A stretch of 64,000 nt of DNA from an uncultured delta proteobacterium. Its GTDB lineage: Bacteria; Desulfobacterota; Desulfomonilia; UBA1062. A program made the translations under genes and the position numbers. Below, piece by piece: positions 30,571-40,852 of this stretch. Position 1 is the stretch's first letter, and each line of letters opens with the position of its first letter. The notes beneath the pieces are model-generated. The model did no database searches. It was not told where the DNA came from and was given only the letters and a program-made list of their open reading frames with translations. The stretch spans positions 32,001 through 96,000 of the forward strand of contig CAVVYZ010000001.1 in assembly GCA_963752595.1 (NCBI GenBank), in the 5' to 3' direction.

Positions 30571-31896
30571 ATGAAATCTCGTAATGTATTCATCACACTT
30601 GCAGGAGTTTTATTCATTGCGTTCTTTGCAGGCAGTGCCTTTGCGGGCGATACATTTAAGCTGGTCTACTATGACGGGCACATACACACCTACCGTTCCG
30701 ACGGCAACGGCTCTGTTGTCAACATCAAGGAAATGGCGCTGAGACGAGGTCTGAACGCGGTCGTCGTCACCGACCATTGCAGGATGCTGACCAGGGAAGA
30801 ATGGGCGTCTCTGGTTTCGGAATGCAGTGCGGCCTCGGATGAAACCTTCCTTGCCCTGCCGGGATTTGAAGTCACCGGCAGCGACGGCATCTTCAACCGC
30901 ACCCACATAAACGCACTCGGCGTTTCGGATCCCTTTGCCGGAAACGACAGTGACTGTCTCTGCCCCGAGGAGGTATGGCCGTCCCCACCCAACCCGGCCG
31001 GTACCGGGGCTTTGTATCCGGAAAACCTGACGGAATGGGTTGGCTATATCCACTCCCAGGGAGGAATTGCAGTGCACAACCATCCGTCGGGAACCACCAA
31101 GCTCATGTACGGTGTAAATGCCATGGAGGTCTATAACCAGGGCCATGTCGACGATGTTGCCGGCTATGCAAAAATGCTCGGTTACTCGGATTCACAGGCC
31201 TGGCAGTTCGGCATGACGCTGAATAATTTTGCACTCTACGGCGAAAGGGACGTGAATACACTCGTTCCGTTCCCCGGCTACGGAATGATCCCCCTGAGGT
31301 ACGCTCTGTATTATGCGACGCAGTACTTCGAGCCCTATGTCGGCCAGTGGCTGGGCGCACCACAGGCGCCCTTGAGCTCGTGGGACCAGCTTCTCATGGC
31401 CTATGTGAACGGCACTGCCCGCGATCCCATCTTCGGCCTGGCCAATAGCGATGCCCACAACACAAACGATCTTGACTGCACGGACGGCAGCTGTTCGAAG
31501 GTAGGGATGGGCAAGAACGGTGCCTATGTGAAAGAGCTCACTGCCGGGGAGCTATATAAGGCCATCAAGGCCGGACGCACCTTTGCCACTACCGGTCCGT
31601 CACTTAACCTCGACGTCAACAGCGAGCTCATGGGTGATACGGCATACATCCTCGACGGCGCGGCCGAGATCAACCTGAGTGTTGATTCGGAAACTCCCGG
31701 CTTCATAGTGGCCAGGATCGACATCATAAAGAACGGCGTGGTCTGGAAAACGATAACACCGTACCTGCCCGCCTGTGATTTCTCGTTTGAAGATGTCGTG
31801 GCCGGGGACGGTTATTACCGGGTCGAGGTCACTACCTACAGCAGCAGGGGCTACCAGTTCGCCTGGTCGAATCCGGTGTTTGTCAGGGTAGAGTAG
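30571..31896 (+). CDS. Secreted PHP-family (CehA/McbA-like) metallohydrolase
   Basis: Signal peptide; DGHIHT..SDG, VTDH, HINALG, HNHP, MEVYN, NSDAH, YYRVEV...WSNP. Confidence 0.85.
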   Translation: MKSRNVFITLAGVLFIAFFAGSAFAGDTFKLVYYDGHIHTYRSDGNGSVVNIKEMALRRGLNAVVVTDHCRMLTREEWASLVSECSAASDETFLALPGFEVTGSDGIFNRTHINALGVSDPFAGNDSDCLCPEEVWPSPPNPAGTGALYPENLTEWVGYIHSQGGIAVHNHPSGTTKLMYGVNAMEVYNQGHVDDVAGYAKMLGYSDSQAWQFGMTLNNFALYGERDVNTLVPFPGYGMIPLRYALYYATQYFEPYVGQWLGAPQAPLSSWDQLLMAYVNGTARDPIFGLANSDAHNTNDLDCTDGSCSKVGMGKNGAYVKELTAGELYKAIKAGRTFATTGPSLNLDVNSELMGDTAYILDGAAEINLSVDSETPGFIVARIDIIKNGVVWKTITPYLPACDFSFEDVVAGDGYYRVEVTTYSSRGYQFAWSNPVFVRVE

Positions 31897-31929
31897 TACG
31901 TACCCGCTTTATTGAGATTGCACGTCTTT

Positions 31930-31972
31930 CATGCGGTCCGGCCGCAGGAGCAAGAGAGGGCTGGACCGCATG
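31930..31972 (+). terminator. Stem-loop downstream of the PHP gene
   Basis: CATGCGGTCCGGCC / GGCTGGACCGCATG inverted repeat; no clear U-tract. Confidence 0.4.
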
Positions 31973-32114
31973 GGGGAGGCTGACCCGGGAACAGCACGGA
32001 TTCATTCTTGAATGGGAAGAGGAAGGTTGATTATTTATTATCGCTTAGCCTCGTTTTAGTTTCCATATCCGATAATCTGAAGTAAAATCCGACCATTTGC
32101 AGGAGGAGGGTGAT

Positions 32115-33794
32115 ATGAATACAAGTTTCCGGTGCTGTTCGGCGGGGAAAATACTTGCGGCGGCCTGTTTCGCGGTATGCTTCTTCTTGGTGACGGGCCT
32201 GTTCTTCACCGCCTCTGCCGATGAGCCGGCAGGTGAGGCACTGTCACGGCACGATCTCGTGTTCCTGCCTGCGTATAAACTTGCCGAGATGATCCGTACC
32301 GGCAAGGTCACTTCGAGCGAGGCCGTAGAGGCATACCTGGACCGGATCGCAAAGGTCAATCCCCGCCTGAAAGCCATTGTCACCCTGGATGCCGACGGGG
32401 CACGGAACCGTGCCCGGGAAGCAGATGAGGCCCTGCGCCGGGGTGAGGTCTGGGGGCCGCTCCATGGCGTTCCCATAACCATCAAGGACAACATAGCAAC
32501 CAAAGGGATAAAAACCACCAGCAGCATGCCGGATCTGGCCGAATATGTACCTCAATACGATGCAACAGTCGTAGTGCGGCTGAAGAAGGCAGGTGCGGTC
32601 ATCCTCGGCAAGACAAACCTTCCGCCCATGGCTATGGACCTGCAGACCAACAGCTTAATCTTCGGCATTGCGAACAATCCGTGGGATCTCAAGCGGACCA
32701 CCGGAGGATCTTCCGGCGGAGAAGCAGCTGCTGTGGCCGCCGGACTTACCGCTCTCGGCTTCGGCAATGACATCGGCGGGTCTATCCGTATCCCCTCGCA
32801 CTTCTGCGGTATCTACGGCATCAAGCCGACTGAGAACTTCACCTCCACCTTCGGCGTCTCTCCGGGGAGAAGAAGCTACGGCATCCGGGCTGTCCGCCAC
32901 CTGACCTGCAGCGGCCCTCTTGCCCGTTCCATCGAAGATCTGAAGCTGGCGCTGTCCGTCATTGCCGGGCCGGATACGAAGGAGCCTGACATTCCCTGGG
33001 TAGATCTGGCACAGGCCCCTGACAGGGAGATAAAAGATCTTCGCATCACATGGACCGATAATTTTGACGATGTCCCGGTTTCGGCGGAGACTAGAGCGGC
33101 ACTGAAAGCCTTTGCCGAAAAACTCGAAGCCCGGGGTTGTAAAGTGGAGAGGCTGAAAGGCAGTATCTTCGAACCCCACCTTAAGGTCATGAGCGACGAG
33201 TGGAAGGATCTTTACGCTGTGAAGTCATCGGAGGTCATGGCAGTCGATTTCAAATCCGCATGGACCACCTACGGCAAGCTCATGGACTTCGAGCTCGGGG
33301 AATACCAGCCATCCTTTTTCAGGCTTGTGAGTTATCTGAGCGGGCGGTGGTACCGCAAGGGTGTCCCCATGATCACCATGGCCTATCCCCACAGCTATGA
33401 GAAATACCTGAAGACTATGACGGAAAGAGACTTTTTCGTCTCAGCAATGGATGCCTTTCTCTCGGAAAGGGATGTCCTCCTCTGCCCGGTGACCTCGACC
33501 CCTGCCTTCGAGCACATTGCTCCCTGGATGTACTTCGGTCCGTTCGCGGTTTATAAAGACCCGATGATCGTAGACGGCCGGCCCGTGAAATACCTGGTGG
33601 CGAATATGTCCTATACCACCATTTTCAACCTCACCGGCAACCCTGTAGTGGTGATCCCCATCGGCTATACGAAGGACGGCCTTCCCATCGGCGTCCAGAT
33701 CGTCGGGAAGCGCTGGCGCGACATGGAGCTGCTCGCTATCGCCGGGCAGATCGACAAGGTTGCATCTGCATACCGGAAGCCCTCCGGGTATTAA
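32115..33794 (+). CDS. Amidase signature family enzyme, exported
   Basis: LHGVPITIKD, GGSSGG, GNDIGGSIRIP (Ser-cisSer-Lys triad); N-terminal signal/TM. Confidence 0.93.
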   Translation: MNTSFRCCSAGKILAAACFAVCFFLVTGLFFTASADEPAGEALSRHDLVFLPAYKLAEMIRTGKVTSSEAVEAYLDRIAKVNPRLKAIVTLDADGARNRAREADEALRRGEVWGPLHGVPITIKDNIATKGIKTTSSMPDLAEYVPQYDATVVVRLKKAGAVILGKTNLPPMAMDLQTNSLIFGIANNPWDLKRTTGGSSGGEAAAVAAGLTALGFGNDIGGSIRIPSHFCGIYGIKPTENFTSTFGVSPGRRSYGIRAVRHLTCSGPLARSIEDLKLALSVIAGPDTKEPDIPWVDLAQAPDREIKDLRITWTDNFDDVPVSAETRAALKAFAEKLEARGCKVERLKGSIFEPHLKVMSDEWKDLYAVKSSEVMAVDFKSAWTTYGKLMDFELGEYQPSFFRLVSYLSGRWYRKGVPMITMAYPHSYEKYLKTMTERDFFVSAMDAFLSERDVLLCPVTSTPAFEHIAPWMYFGPFAVYKDPMIVDGRPVKYLVANMSYTTIFNLTGNPVVVIPIGYTKDGLPIGVQIVGKRWRDMELLAIAGQIDKVASAYRKPSGY

Positions 33795-33817
33795 CCGCGG
33801 AAGTGGTCTGATCACCT

Positions 33818-33867
33818 TATCTGCCTGCCGGTGAATTCTCGTTTGAAGATGTCATGGCCGGGAACGG
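33818..33867 (+). repeat. 50-bp diverged copy of the PHP gene 3' region
   Basis: 44/50 identical to 31762-31811 (YLPACDFSFEDVVAGD vs YLPAGEFSFEDVMAGN). Confidence 0.8.
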
Positions 33868-34058
33868 CGGAATCTTAAACGAAAAAAGAGTAATCGTTGC
33901 GGGAAATTTCCTCTCGCATTCTCATGAACCTATTCATTTTAAGCAACATCATTATACTATGTGGTAGAACCATAAATCCTCAACCGGGAGGACAGCTCGC
34001 GTATCCCTTTTTGCGTGCATGAAAACGATAGTACCCGGTTCTCATCAACCATAGCCGA

Positions 34059-34810
34059 TTGAGAGCAAAAAAGAACGTGGATGAAAAGAACCGTTCAAAG
34101 CATAACGAAACAAGGATGAGACAGGAGTTCGAAGAGCTCAGTGCAGTCTACAGCTCGGTGCCTATCGGGCTGTGCGTCCTCGACAGGCACCTGAGGTATG
34201 TCAGGGTAAACAGGCGCCTGGCCGAGATCAACGGCGTTCCCGAAGCCGAACACATGGGAAAGAGTTTAAGCGAAGTCATCCCTTTTCCAGTCTCCGACAC
34301 GATCGAGTCTCTGGCCCGTAAAGTACTGGAAACCGGTGATCCGGTTTACAATAGAGAAATACCGGGGCCTTTGGTTTCCGGGCAGGCAGGACAGCGTTGC
34401 TGGAACGTTCATATGTTCCCCATCAAAGAAGAAAACGGCCAAGTGCGTGCAGTCAACATGACGGTCGAAGAGATCACCGAGCGCAAGCAGACCGAGTCGG
34501 CCCTGCGGGAGAGCGATGAACAATTCCGCGCCATGTTCGATCAACGAATGTGGGAATTGCCCAGGCCGAGCCTTTCACGGGGAGGCTTCTGCGCGTAAAC
34601 GAAACCTCTGCAAACATGCTCGGCTTCACCGTTACGGAATTGACCGGTACCCCGTTCTCTCAAGTGACGCACCCGGATGACCGTCAGGAAAACTGGGAAG
34701 GGTTCTCACGCCTCGTGCGGGGGGAAATAGGCACCTACATGGTCGAGAAGCGATTCCTCCGCAAGAATGGCGACATCGTATGGGCCCTGGTCACGGCCGA
34801 TCTTGTCCGG
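34059..34810 (+). pseudogene. PAS-PAS sensor remnant, frameshifted and truncated
   Basis: PAS (PIGLCVLD..LRYVRVN...EITERKQ), frameshift near 34545, second PAS (THPDD...EKRFLRKNG.IVW) ends abruptly near 34810; no output domain. Confidence 0.8.
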
Positions 34811-35076
34811 GTTCGGCACGGTGACCCTGAACGCCGTCATGTTCATCCACTCGAGAGGCGACTCGGCCCTGTTATCCCCTCAATTACATGCAATTTTTTA
34901 CAAATGTTTTACCCATGACATGCTCGAAACAGGATATAAGGACGGCATGCTGACCTATGTCATCATGATTGCCGGGGCATTCACCTTAAAGCCGCACTGC
35001 ATACGCAAAAGCGGTTCTGGTGTGAGCGAACATGCGCAAACCACTTCTTGGAACTATGGTTGGAGGATAGAGGGTA

Positions 35077-36162
35077 ATGAATTATGATCTGTTGTTTCTT
35101 GCCGGGAAAAACGCATGGGAGCGGATTCATGACGGAGGCCTCGCCCCCGAAGACATCACGGTTGTAGCAGGTGCCGCAGGGGCAGCCAAGTGGCTGGTCA
35201 TCTCCGAGCTCGACAAGATCATCTTCAGCCGGTGGATGAAAGACCGCATCAAGCCGCTTCTTCTGTACGGGACTTCAATCGGCTCATGGAAGCTTGCCTC
35301 AGCCACCCTGAGCGACCCGGTATCCGCGATCGACGCCCTTGCGGATGCCTATACCCAACAGCGATACAATGGCCGCATCACACCGAAGAAGGTCAAGGAG
35401 GAATGCCGCAAGATACTTGATGCATGCTTTCCCAAGGAGCGTATTTCGGAAATCCTCAACCACCCCGTGATGCGCTTCAACCTTACTGCAGTCAGATGCA
35501 GAGGCGTTACCGGCTCCGAAAAAATTTCCGTCCAGTTTCTCGGGCTCGCCTTGGCGTTTCTGCTCAACAGGGTCAGCCGTAAGTTTCTCTCGGTTTTCTT
35601 CGAGCGGGCGTTCTTCTACGATCCCCGGGAGAATCCGGCCTTCTTCCAAAAAAGCGAGTTTCCCATCCAGAGGGTGCCTCTGGATGACGAGAATTTCCGT
35701 CATGCCCTGCTTGCCACAAGCTCCATACCCTTGGTTATGGGAGGGATACGGGACATCGCCGGCGCAGAAGCCGGTGTCTACCGGGACGGCGGTATCCTCG
35801 ACTACCACCCGGCATCATTTTCTCCGAAAGAGGAGAAAGGCATCATCCTCTATCCGCATTTCTCCACCAGGCTCATTCCCGGATGGTTCGACAAGAAGAT
35901 TCGCAGGCGCAGCGCCGACCCTGAACACATGAAGGACATGCTCATGCTGGTTCCCTCGCCTGAGTTCGTTTCCCGCCTCCCCTACGGCCGCATCCCCGAC
36001 AGGGCGGACTTCAAGACCTTTGACGGCCGTGATGCGGAGCGGATAGCCTTCTGGAAGGAAGCGACATCCAAGGGAAAAAGGCTGGCAGACGCCTTCATGG
36101 AAAGCGTGCTCAGCGGATCGATCCGGACACAAGTCAGGAGACTGGAAGCTCTTCCGAGTTAG
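35077..36162 (+). CDS. Patatin-like phospholipase family protein
   Basis: GAAGAAK oxyanion loop, GTSIG nucleophile, DGG. Confidence 0.8.
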   Translation: MNYDLLFLAGKNAWERIHDGGLAPEDITVVAGAAGAAKWLVISELDKIIFSRWMKDRIKPLLLYGTSIGSWKLASATLSDPVSAIDALADAYTQQRYNGRITPKKVKEECRKILDACFPKERISEILNHPVMRFNLTAVRCRGVTGSEKISVQFLGLALAFLLNRVSRKFLSVFFERAFFYDPRENPAFFQKSEFPIQRVPLDDENFRHALLATSSIPLVMGGIRDIAGAEAGVYRDGGILDYHPASFSPKEEKGIILYPHFSTRLIPGWFDKKIRRRSADPEHMKDMLMLVPSPEFVSRLPYGRIPDRADFKTFDGRDAERIAFWKEATSKGKRLADAFMESVLSGSIRTQVRRLEALPS

Positions 36163-36217
36163 CCGGCGTGCCGGGACCGTTATGCCAATCGGCCGATCCT
36201 CGCTCTGACCGGGCGGG

Positions 36218-36233
36218 AAGCAAGACCTGATCC
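36218..36233 (+). repeat. REP-like right arm AAGCAAGACCTGATCC
   Basis: Matches the right arm of the 40106-40169 dyad. Confidence 0.55.
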
Positions 36234-36267
36234 ACATTCGATTAACCGTCCTTCCGGCATCCGTCCT

Positions 36268-36468
36268 TCAAGCAGGCGGAAAATAGTGGCTCAAGTAATC
36301 CGCTATCTCCAGCGGAGGGTAGGGGAATGCGAGCAGGCAACCAGTGCTGTCAGTAAGCGCATCCATATCCTGCCGGATGACATCCGAAGGCATCACCTCC
36401 TGTTCATAGTCTCCGGGGATATTTTCATTTCCTGTCCGGTAACTGTCAGTCCGCATTGTCCTTTCCAT
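36268..36468 (-). CDS. Small hypothetical protein
   Basis: Short ORF with a purine-rich GGAGG/AAGGA upstream; no recognisable motif. Confidence 0.25.
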   Translation of the reverse strand: MERTMRTDSYRTGNENIPGDYEQEVMPSDVIRQDMDALTDSTGCLLAFPYPPLEIADYLSHYFPPA

Positions 36469-36751
36469 TCCTCCCTTTGTTCGCGATCTTTCATCTCCCA
36501 GTGCTGAAGGGCATTCAGATCTCGTTGACATAGTCCCACCTCCTTTGAAGCCTCTCTTCTGTCGTTGGGTGATAGGAGGTAATGTGTCTGTAGGGTCTCT
36601 TTAGGAATATTCAAGATAGATGAGATGATTCCAGTTCTTTCTTTTGTGCCCGGATACGAAATTGGGATTCTCACTGCAAAGCTGAATTGATTTACCTTCT
36701 TGGGAATTCATTATTCATTATGTAGATCATCAAACAAGATAGCACGATAAG

Positions 36752-36990
36752 ATGACTGTAAAAGGATATATCATAAGAGAAGCTGAGACGCATGATGCAT
36801 CCGCCATTGCCTCGCTCATCACCCAGCCGGGGTACCCCGTTTCCACGGAAGAGATGGCGGGGAGAGTAAAGATCCTGTTCTCAATGCCGCAATATATGAC
36901 CTTTGTCGCAGAGGCTGGGGGCGATGTTGTCGGGCTTGTCGGGGCCTATATGGGGCATTCCTGGAGTTCTCAGGGATGTATGGAAGGCTG
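36752..36990 (+). pseudogene. GNAT acetyltransferase N-terminal remnant
   Basis: IREA...DA.AIASLI.Q.GYP...FVAEAGGDVVGLVG; acetyl-CoA-binding motif A is missing. Confidence 0.6.
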
Positions 36991-37185
36991 CGGTAAGCAT
37001 ACCTTCAGAGAAGAAGCTGCCTTACGGCTAATGACCGTGCAAAGGGGATGCGAAATGCCGAGTGAGAACACGAGGCTCTCGCTTTCACGCCGGACTCAAC
37101 ATTTGCGGCATTTGGGTCTACCCGGATTTTTCTCCTTAATGTCTATGCATTGATGAGACCCGGGAGAGAAAGGGGACAGGTGCCT

Positions 37186-38019
37186 GTGACACGGAAGAAA
37201 GGGCTTAAGACCGATGCTGTTCCACCCGTATATATCGTGTCCGGGGGGACCGGATCCAGCGGCGAGCAGATCGTGAACACGGTTCTTGCTCAGTTCCCTG
37301 AGAGCAAAGTTCCCATGATTACCATCGGGAGCGTGTGCGATAAGGAGCAGGTCGAAAGCATTATCACACAGGCAAGAGAGACCGGCGGCACGATCGTGCA
37401 CACCCTGGTCGATGGAAGACTCAGGGGCATGCTGACGGACTCGGCACGGGACCGGAATGTCGAGGAGGTGGACCTCATGGGCCCGCTGCTGAAACGTCTC
37501 TCGTCAGTTCTCTACCGGGAACCTCTCGGCAGGCCGGGTCTCTATCGCAAGCTCCATGAGCCGTATTTCATGCGTATCGCTGCTATCGAGTACACCCTGG
37601 ACCATGACGACGGGCAAAACCCTAAAGAATGGTACAAGGCTGATGTCGTGCTGGCCGGTGTATCCCGCAGTGGAAAAACCCCGCTCAGTATATATTTATC
37701 CGTTCTGGGCTGGAAGACAGCCAATTATCCTGTTGTCCCCGGAGTTTCCGTTCCCAAGGAACTGTTTGGACTGGACCCTAAGCGGGTTTTCGGGCTGATT
37801 ATCGACCCGGACCGTTTGATGAAGACCCGGTCGCAGAGGCTCGCCCGGTTCGGCGTATCAGATCATACGCCCTACACGGACCCGTCCATGATCGAAGAAG
37901 AGATCCGGACTGCCAGGAAGATATTCAGGAAAGGCGGGTTCCACGAAATAGACATGACGGATAAAACCATTGAGGCCTGCGCATCAGAGATCATCAGACA
38001 CATCAGCCGGATTCAATGA
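37186..38019 (+). CDS. PEP synthase / PPDK regulatory kinase-pyrophosphorylase (DUF299)
   Basis: YIVSGGTG, YFMRIAAIEYTLDHDDG, ADVVLAGVSRSGKTP, KTANYP, TDKTIE; start codon uncertain (37150-37186). Confidence 0.92.
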   Translation: MTRKKGLKTDAVPPVYIVSGGTGSSGEQIVNTVLAQFPESKVPMITIGSVCDKEQVESIITQARETGGTIVHTLVDGRLRGMLTDSARDRNVEEVDLMGPLLKRLSSVLYREPLGRPGLYRKLHEPYFMRIAAIEYTLDHDDGQNPKEWYKADVVLAGVSRSGKTPLSIYLSVLGWKTANYPVVPGVSVPKELFGLDPKRVFGLIIDPDRLMKTRSQRLARFGVSDHTPYTDPSMIEEEIRTARKIFRKGGFHEIDMTDKTIEACASEIIRHISRIQ

Positions 38020-38553
38020 AGAACTCTTTACGCCGGGCTCAAGAGGAACCCTCTGATTGATCAACCATCGGGCGGGAATGAGAGGTGAGGGCTTCAGTGT
38101 TTTTCGGGTCTGGTTCGCTTTTTTCCTCTGATTACAATTTATCCCGCAGTACCGGCTTATGGCAAGATGTACAGCGATCAGGCCGGTGACGGTTTCCGTG
38201 TCGGGTCTTTCGTGCTTGACTTATCCATACTTATTGCATAAGGATGGGCTCCATCTGAATTGCGATTTAGTTTTACCGGGTCTTTTATCCACGTTGATAT
38301 CAGATAGCCTTATCAGGGCTTGCCGTTGATACTTCTTCCGTTGTTCAGAAATATAAGAACAAATACGGCATGGAGAAAGTAGCACGGTATTGAGGAACAA
38401 AAGGTCATCAATCATCAGGAATGCATCTTTTCAAGAGTAATCTTAAACGAATAAGCTTCATTCTGAAGAGCGAATGTCCGATAGTATCGTGGAAAACCCG
38501 GCGGGCTAATTTGATATGCCGCTGATAAGGCTGCTGTAACGAAGGAAAATTAT

Positions 38554-38751
38554 ATGGCAAGAAAAACGAATTATTCTTTTCAGAAATCAGAACGCGAAAA
38601 GATCCGCCAGAAAAAGAAAAAGGAAAAGCTGGACAGGAAGCAGGAAGCCAAGGATCGCAAGACTGCCTTAAATGAAGAGGGCGAAGAAATCGACCCCGAT
38701 ATTGCCGGCATTGAACCGGGCCCGCAGGCTGCCATCAAGCCGGAAGAATAG
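38554..38751 (+). CDS. Small Lys-rich hypothetical protein upstream of the DEAD-box helicase
   Basis: NYSFQKSEREK..QKKKKEK then acidic DPDIAGI.PGPQ; AAGGA RBS. Confidence 0.7.
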   Translation: MARKTNYSFQKSEREKIRQKKKKEKLDRKQEAKDRKTALNEEGEEIDPDIAGIEPGPQAAIKPEE

Positions 38752-38844
38752 CCCCCCATAAAACCGACAAAACACTTTGACCCGGAAAGTTCCGGCAAAA
38801 AGAAAATCTATGGAATAACACCAGATAAAAACAAAGGAGTATTA

Positions 38845-40095
38845 ATGAAATTTGATGCATTTGATCTTCACCAGGACATTATCAGGGCCATTGCAAACAA
38901 CGGGTACGAAGTGCCGACCCCCATTCAGGCAGAGGCCATTCCATCCATACTGACAGGGCACGACCTTCTCGGCCTGGCACAAACCGGAACCGGCAAGACC
39001 GCAGCATTCGTGCTGCCGATTATCCATCATCTCATGGAAGGGCATCGCCGGTGCGTACGTGCACTGATCCTCGCCCCGACACGCGAGCTGGCTGCCCAGA
39101 CAAATGAAGCTGTAAAGCTTTTCAGCAGAGGCACCGGTCTCCGCAGCGTGGTCATCTACGGAGGAGTGGGCATGAGCCCCCAGATCGAGGCCCTGAAACG
39201 CGGCGTCGAGATCGTGGTGGCATGTCCGGGCCGTTTGCTCGACCATATTTCCCAGAAAAGGATCGATTTTTCCCGGCTTGAGACCCTCGTAATCGACGAG
39301 GCAGACCGCATGTTCGATATGGGCTTCCTTCCGGACGTCCGCCGCATCGCCGGCCATCTCCCCAGGAAGCGGCAGACACTGCTTTTTTCCGCCACCATGC
39401 CCGATGATATCCGCCACCTGGCCGATGATATGCTGCACGATGCAATTACGGTGCAGATCAGACATACGAAGCCGATTGAAACGGTATCCCATGCGCTCTA
39501 CCCGGTGGAGCACCACCTGAAGACGGCACTTTTGAGGGAGCTGCTGAAAGCCACCGATACGGATTCGGTTCTCGTATTCACCCGCACAAAACATCGCGCC
39601 GAGCGTCTTGCGCACCAGCTTACGCATGCAGGCTTCCGTGCGACTTCGCTCCAGGGCGATCTCTCGCAGAGCAAGCGCGAGAAGGCCATCGAGGGCTTCC
39701 GCAGGGGCTCATTCCAGATACTCGTTGCCACCGATATCGCTGCGCGCGGCATCGATGTTTCGGCAATCTCCCATGTCATAAATTTCGATATGCCGGATAC
39801 CGCTGATGCCTATACACACCGCATCGGCCGTACGGGCCGAGCCGAGAAAACCGGCGACGCCTTCACGTTCGTCACGCGCGACGATGCGGACATGGTCCGG
39901 ACCATTGAGAAGATCCTTGGTGAGAAACTGGAGCGGAAAACCCTGCCCGGCTTCGATTACAGCAAGCCGGATGAGAGACCTTCCCAGGCAGCGGGCCCAC
40001 GGTCCCGGCAGCATAATCCGCGCATGGCCCGCCCTGCGGTTCGCCGTTCGGAAAACCCACGATCACGCGGGGACAGGCGTATATCACAGGCATAA
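38845..40095 (+). CDS. rhlE: DEAD-box ATP-dependent RNA helicase (RhlE-like)
   Basis: PTPIQ, AQTGTGKT, PTRELA, DEAD, SAT, ARGID, HRIGRTGR. Confidence 0.93.
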   Translation: MKFDAFDLHQDIIRAIANNGYEVPTPIQAEAIPSILTGHDLLGLAQTGTGKTAAFVLPIIHHLMEGHRRCVRALILAPTRELAAQTNEAVKLFSRGTGLRSVVIYGGVGMSPQIEALKRGVEIVVACPGRLLDHISQKRIDFSRLETLVIDEADRMFDMGFLPDVRRIAGHLPRKRQTLLFSATMPDDIRHLADDMLHDAITVQIRHTKPIETVSHALYPVEHHLKTALLRELLKATDTDSVLVFTRTKHRAERLAHQLTHAGFRATSLQGDLSQSKREKAIEGFRRGSFQILVATDIAARGIDVSAISHVINFDMPDTADAYTHRIGRTGRAEKTGDAFTFVTRDDADMVRTIEKILGEKLERKTLPGFDYSKPDERPSQAAGPRSRQHNPRMARPAVRRSENPRSRGDRRISQA

Positions 40096-40105
40096 TTTTT
40101 TCCGC

Positions 40106-40169
40106 ATCAGTGGTCAGGTCTTGCTTTTTCAATACTCTATATTGAAAAAAAGCAAGATGTGACCCTGAT
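40106..40169. repeat. Complete REP/REPIN-like dyad
   Basis: ATCAGTGGTCAGGTCTTGCTTTTTCAATA-CTCTA-TATTGAAAAAAAGCAAGATGTGACCCTGAT, a long imperfect inverted repeat between convergent genes; may also act as a terminator. Confidence 0.75.
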
Positions 40170-40267
40170 CTTCCCGACAATTCCCATCACCTTTCGTGGC
40201 GGAAGACTTTTTCTGCAGGGTCAGTGTGTGAAAGACTGCAGGCAGGATCTGCCCCCATTGGTGCTCT

Positions 40268-40621
40268 TTATTTTGCGATAGCCCGCTGCCTTGTCTGTAC
40301 CGGCCCTTCACCTTCTTCTTCGGCCCGGATGCCCGATTTGGCCCCTGGTGCTATCTGTGTCCTGGGAGCGGTATTGCCCCAGTCCCAGCTGCCCTTTATC
40401 ATGCTGCCTTTTGCTCTGACTTTGTCACCCACCTTGATGCCTGCCGGCGAGGTTGTCTGAAATATCTTCTCCACCCCTGCGTCACTCTTTATCGTTACCG
40501 TGCTTCCCTGGATCTTCGTAACCGAGCCGTAGAAAAAATCGTCCCATGTTTCGGCAAAACCCAAGCCCGCTACGCCCAGAATGAATGCCGCCGCGCCGAT
40601 AAGAACAACAAACTTCCTCAT
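40268..40621 (-). CDS. Small secreted protein, OB-fold-like
   Basis: Signal peptide; GSVTKIQGSTVTIK...IKVGDKVRAK. Confidence 0.65.
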   Translation of the reverse strand: MRKFVVLIGAAAFILGVAGLGFAETWDDFFYGSVTKIQGSTVTIKSDAGVEKIFQTTSPAGIKVGDKVRAKGSMIKGSWDWGNTAPRTQIAPGAKSGIRAEEEGEGPVQTRQRAIAK

Positions 40622-40852
40622 GCTATTACCTCTTCCTTAACATCTTAAAAACCTTATGGAAAGTATACCATTACAGGTTCCAATAACAATAGAAGAAGAT
40701 CACGACATCGCCGCATTTATCTGAATCAGATTGACTTTGCATTCGCCGGGATTATCTTTTCCCCGTTGCCCGAGCTTTTGGGTGTATGCAATATCCTGGC
40801 TTTTCCTGGGGAGGGAAGTTTCAGCACGAACCTTTACGTTCAGGGAGGTTAT

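Noticed and set aside
40106-40169. Integron attC site
   Set aside because: It lacks RYYYAAC...GTTRRRY boundaries, and the flanking genes are convergent rather than a same-strand array.
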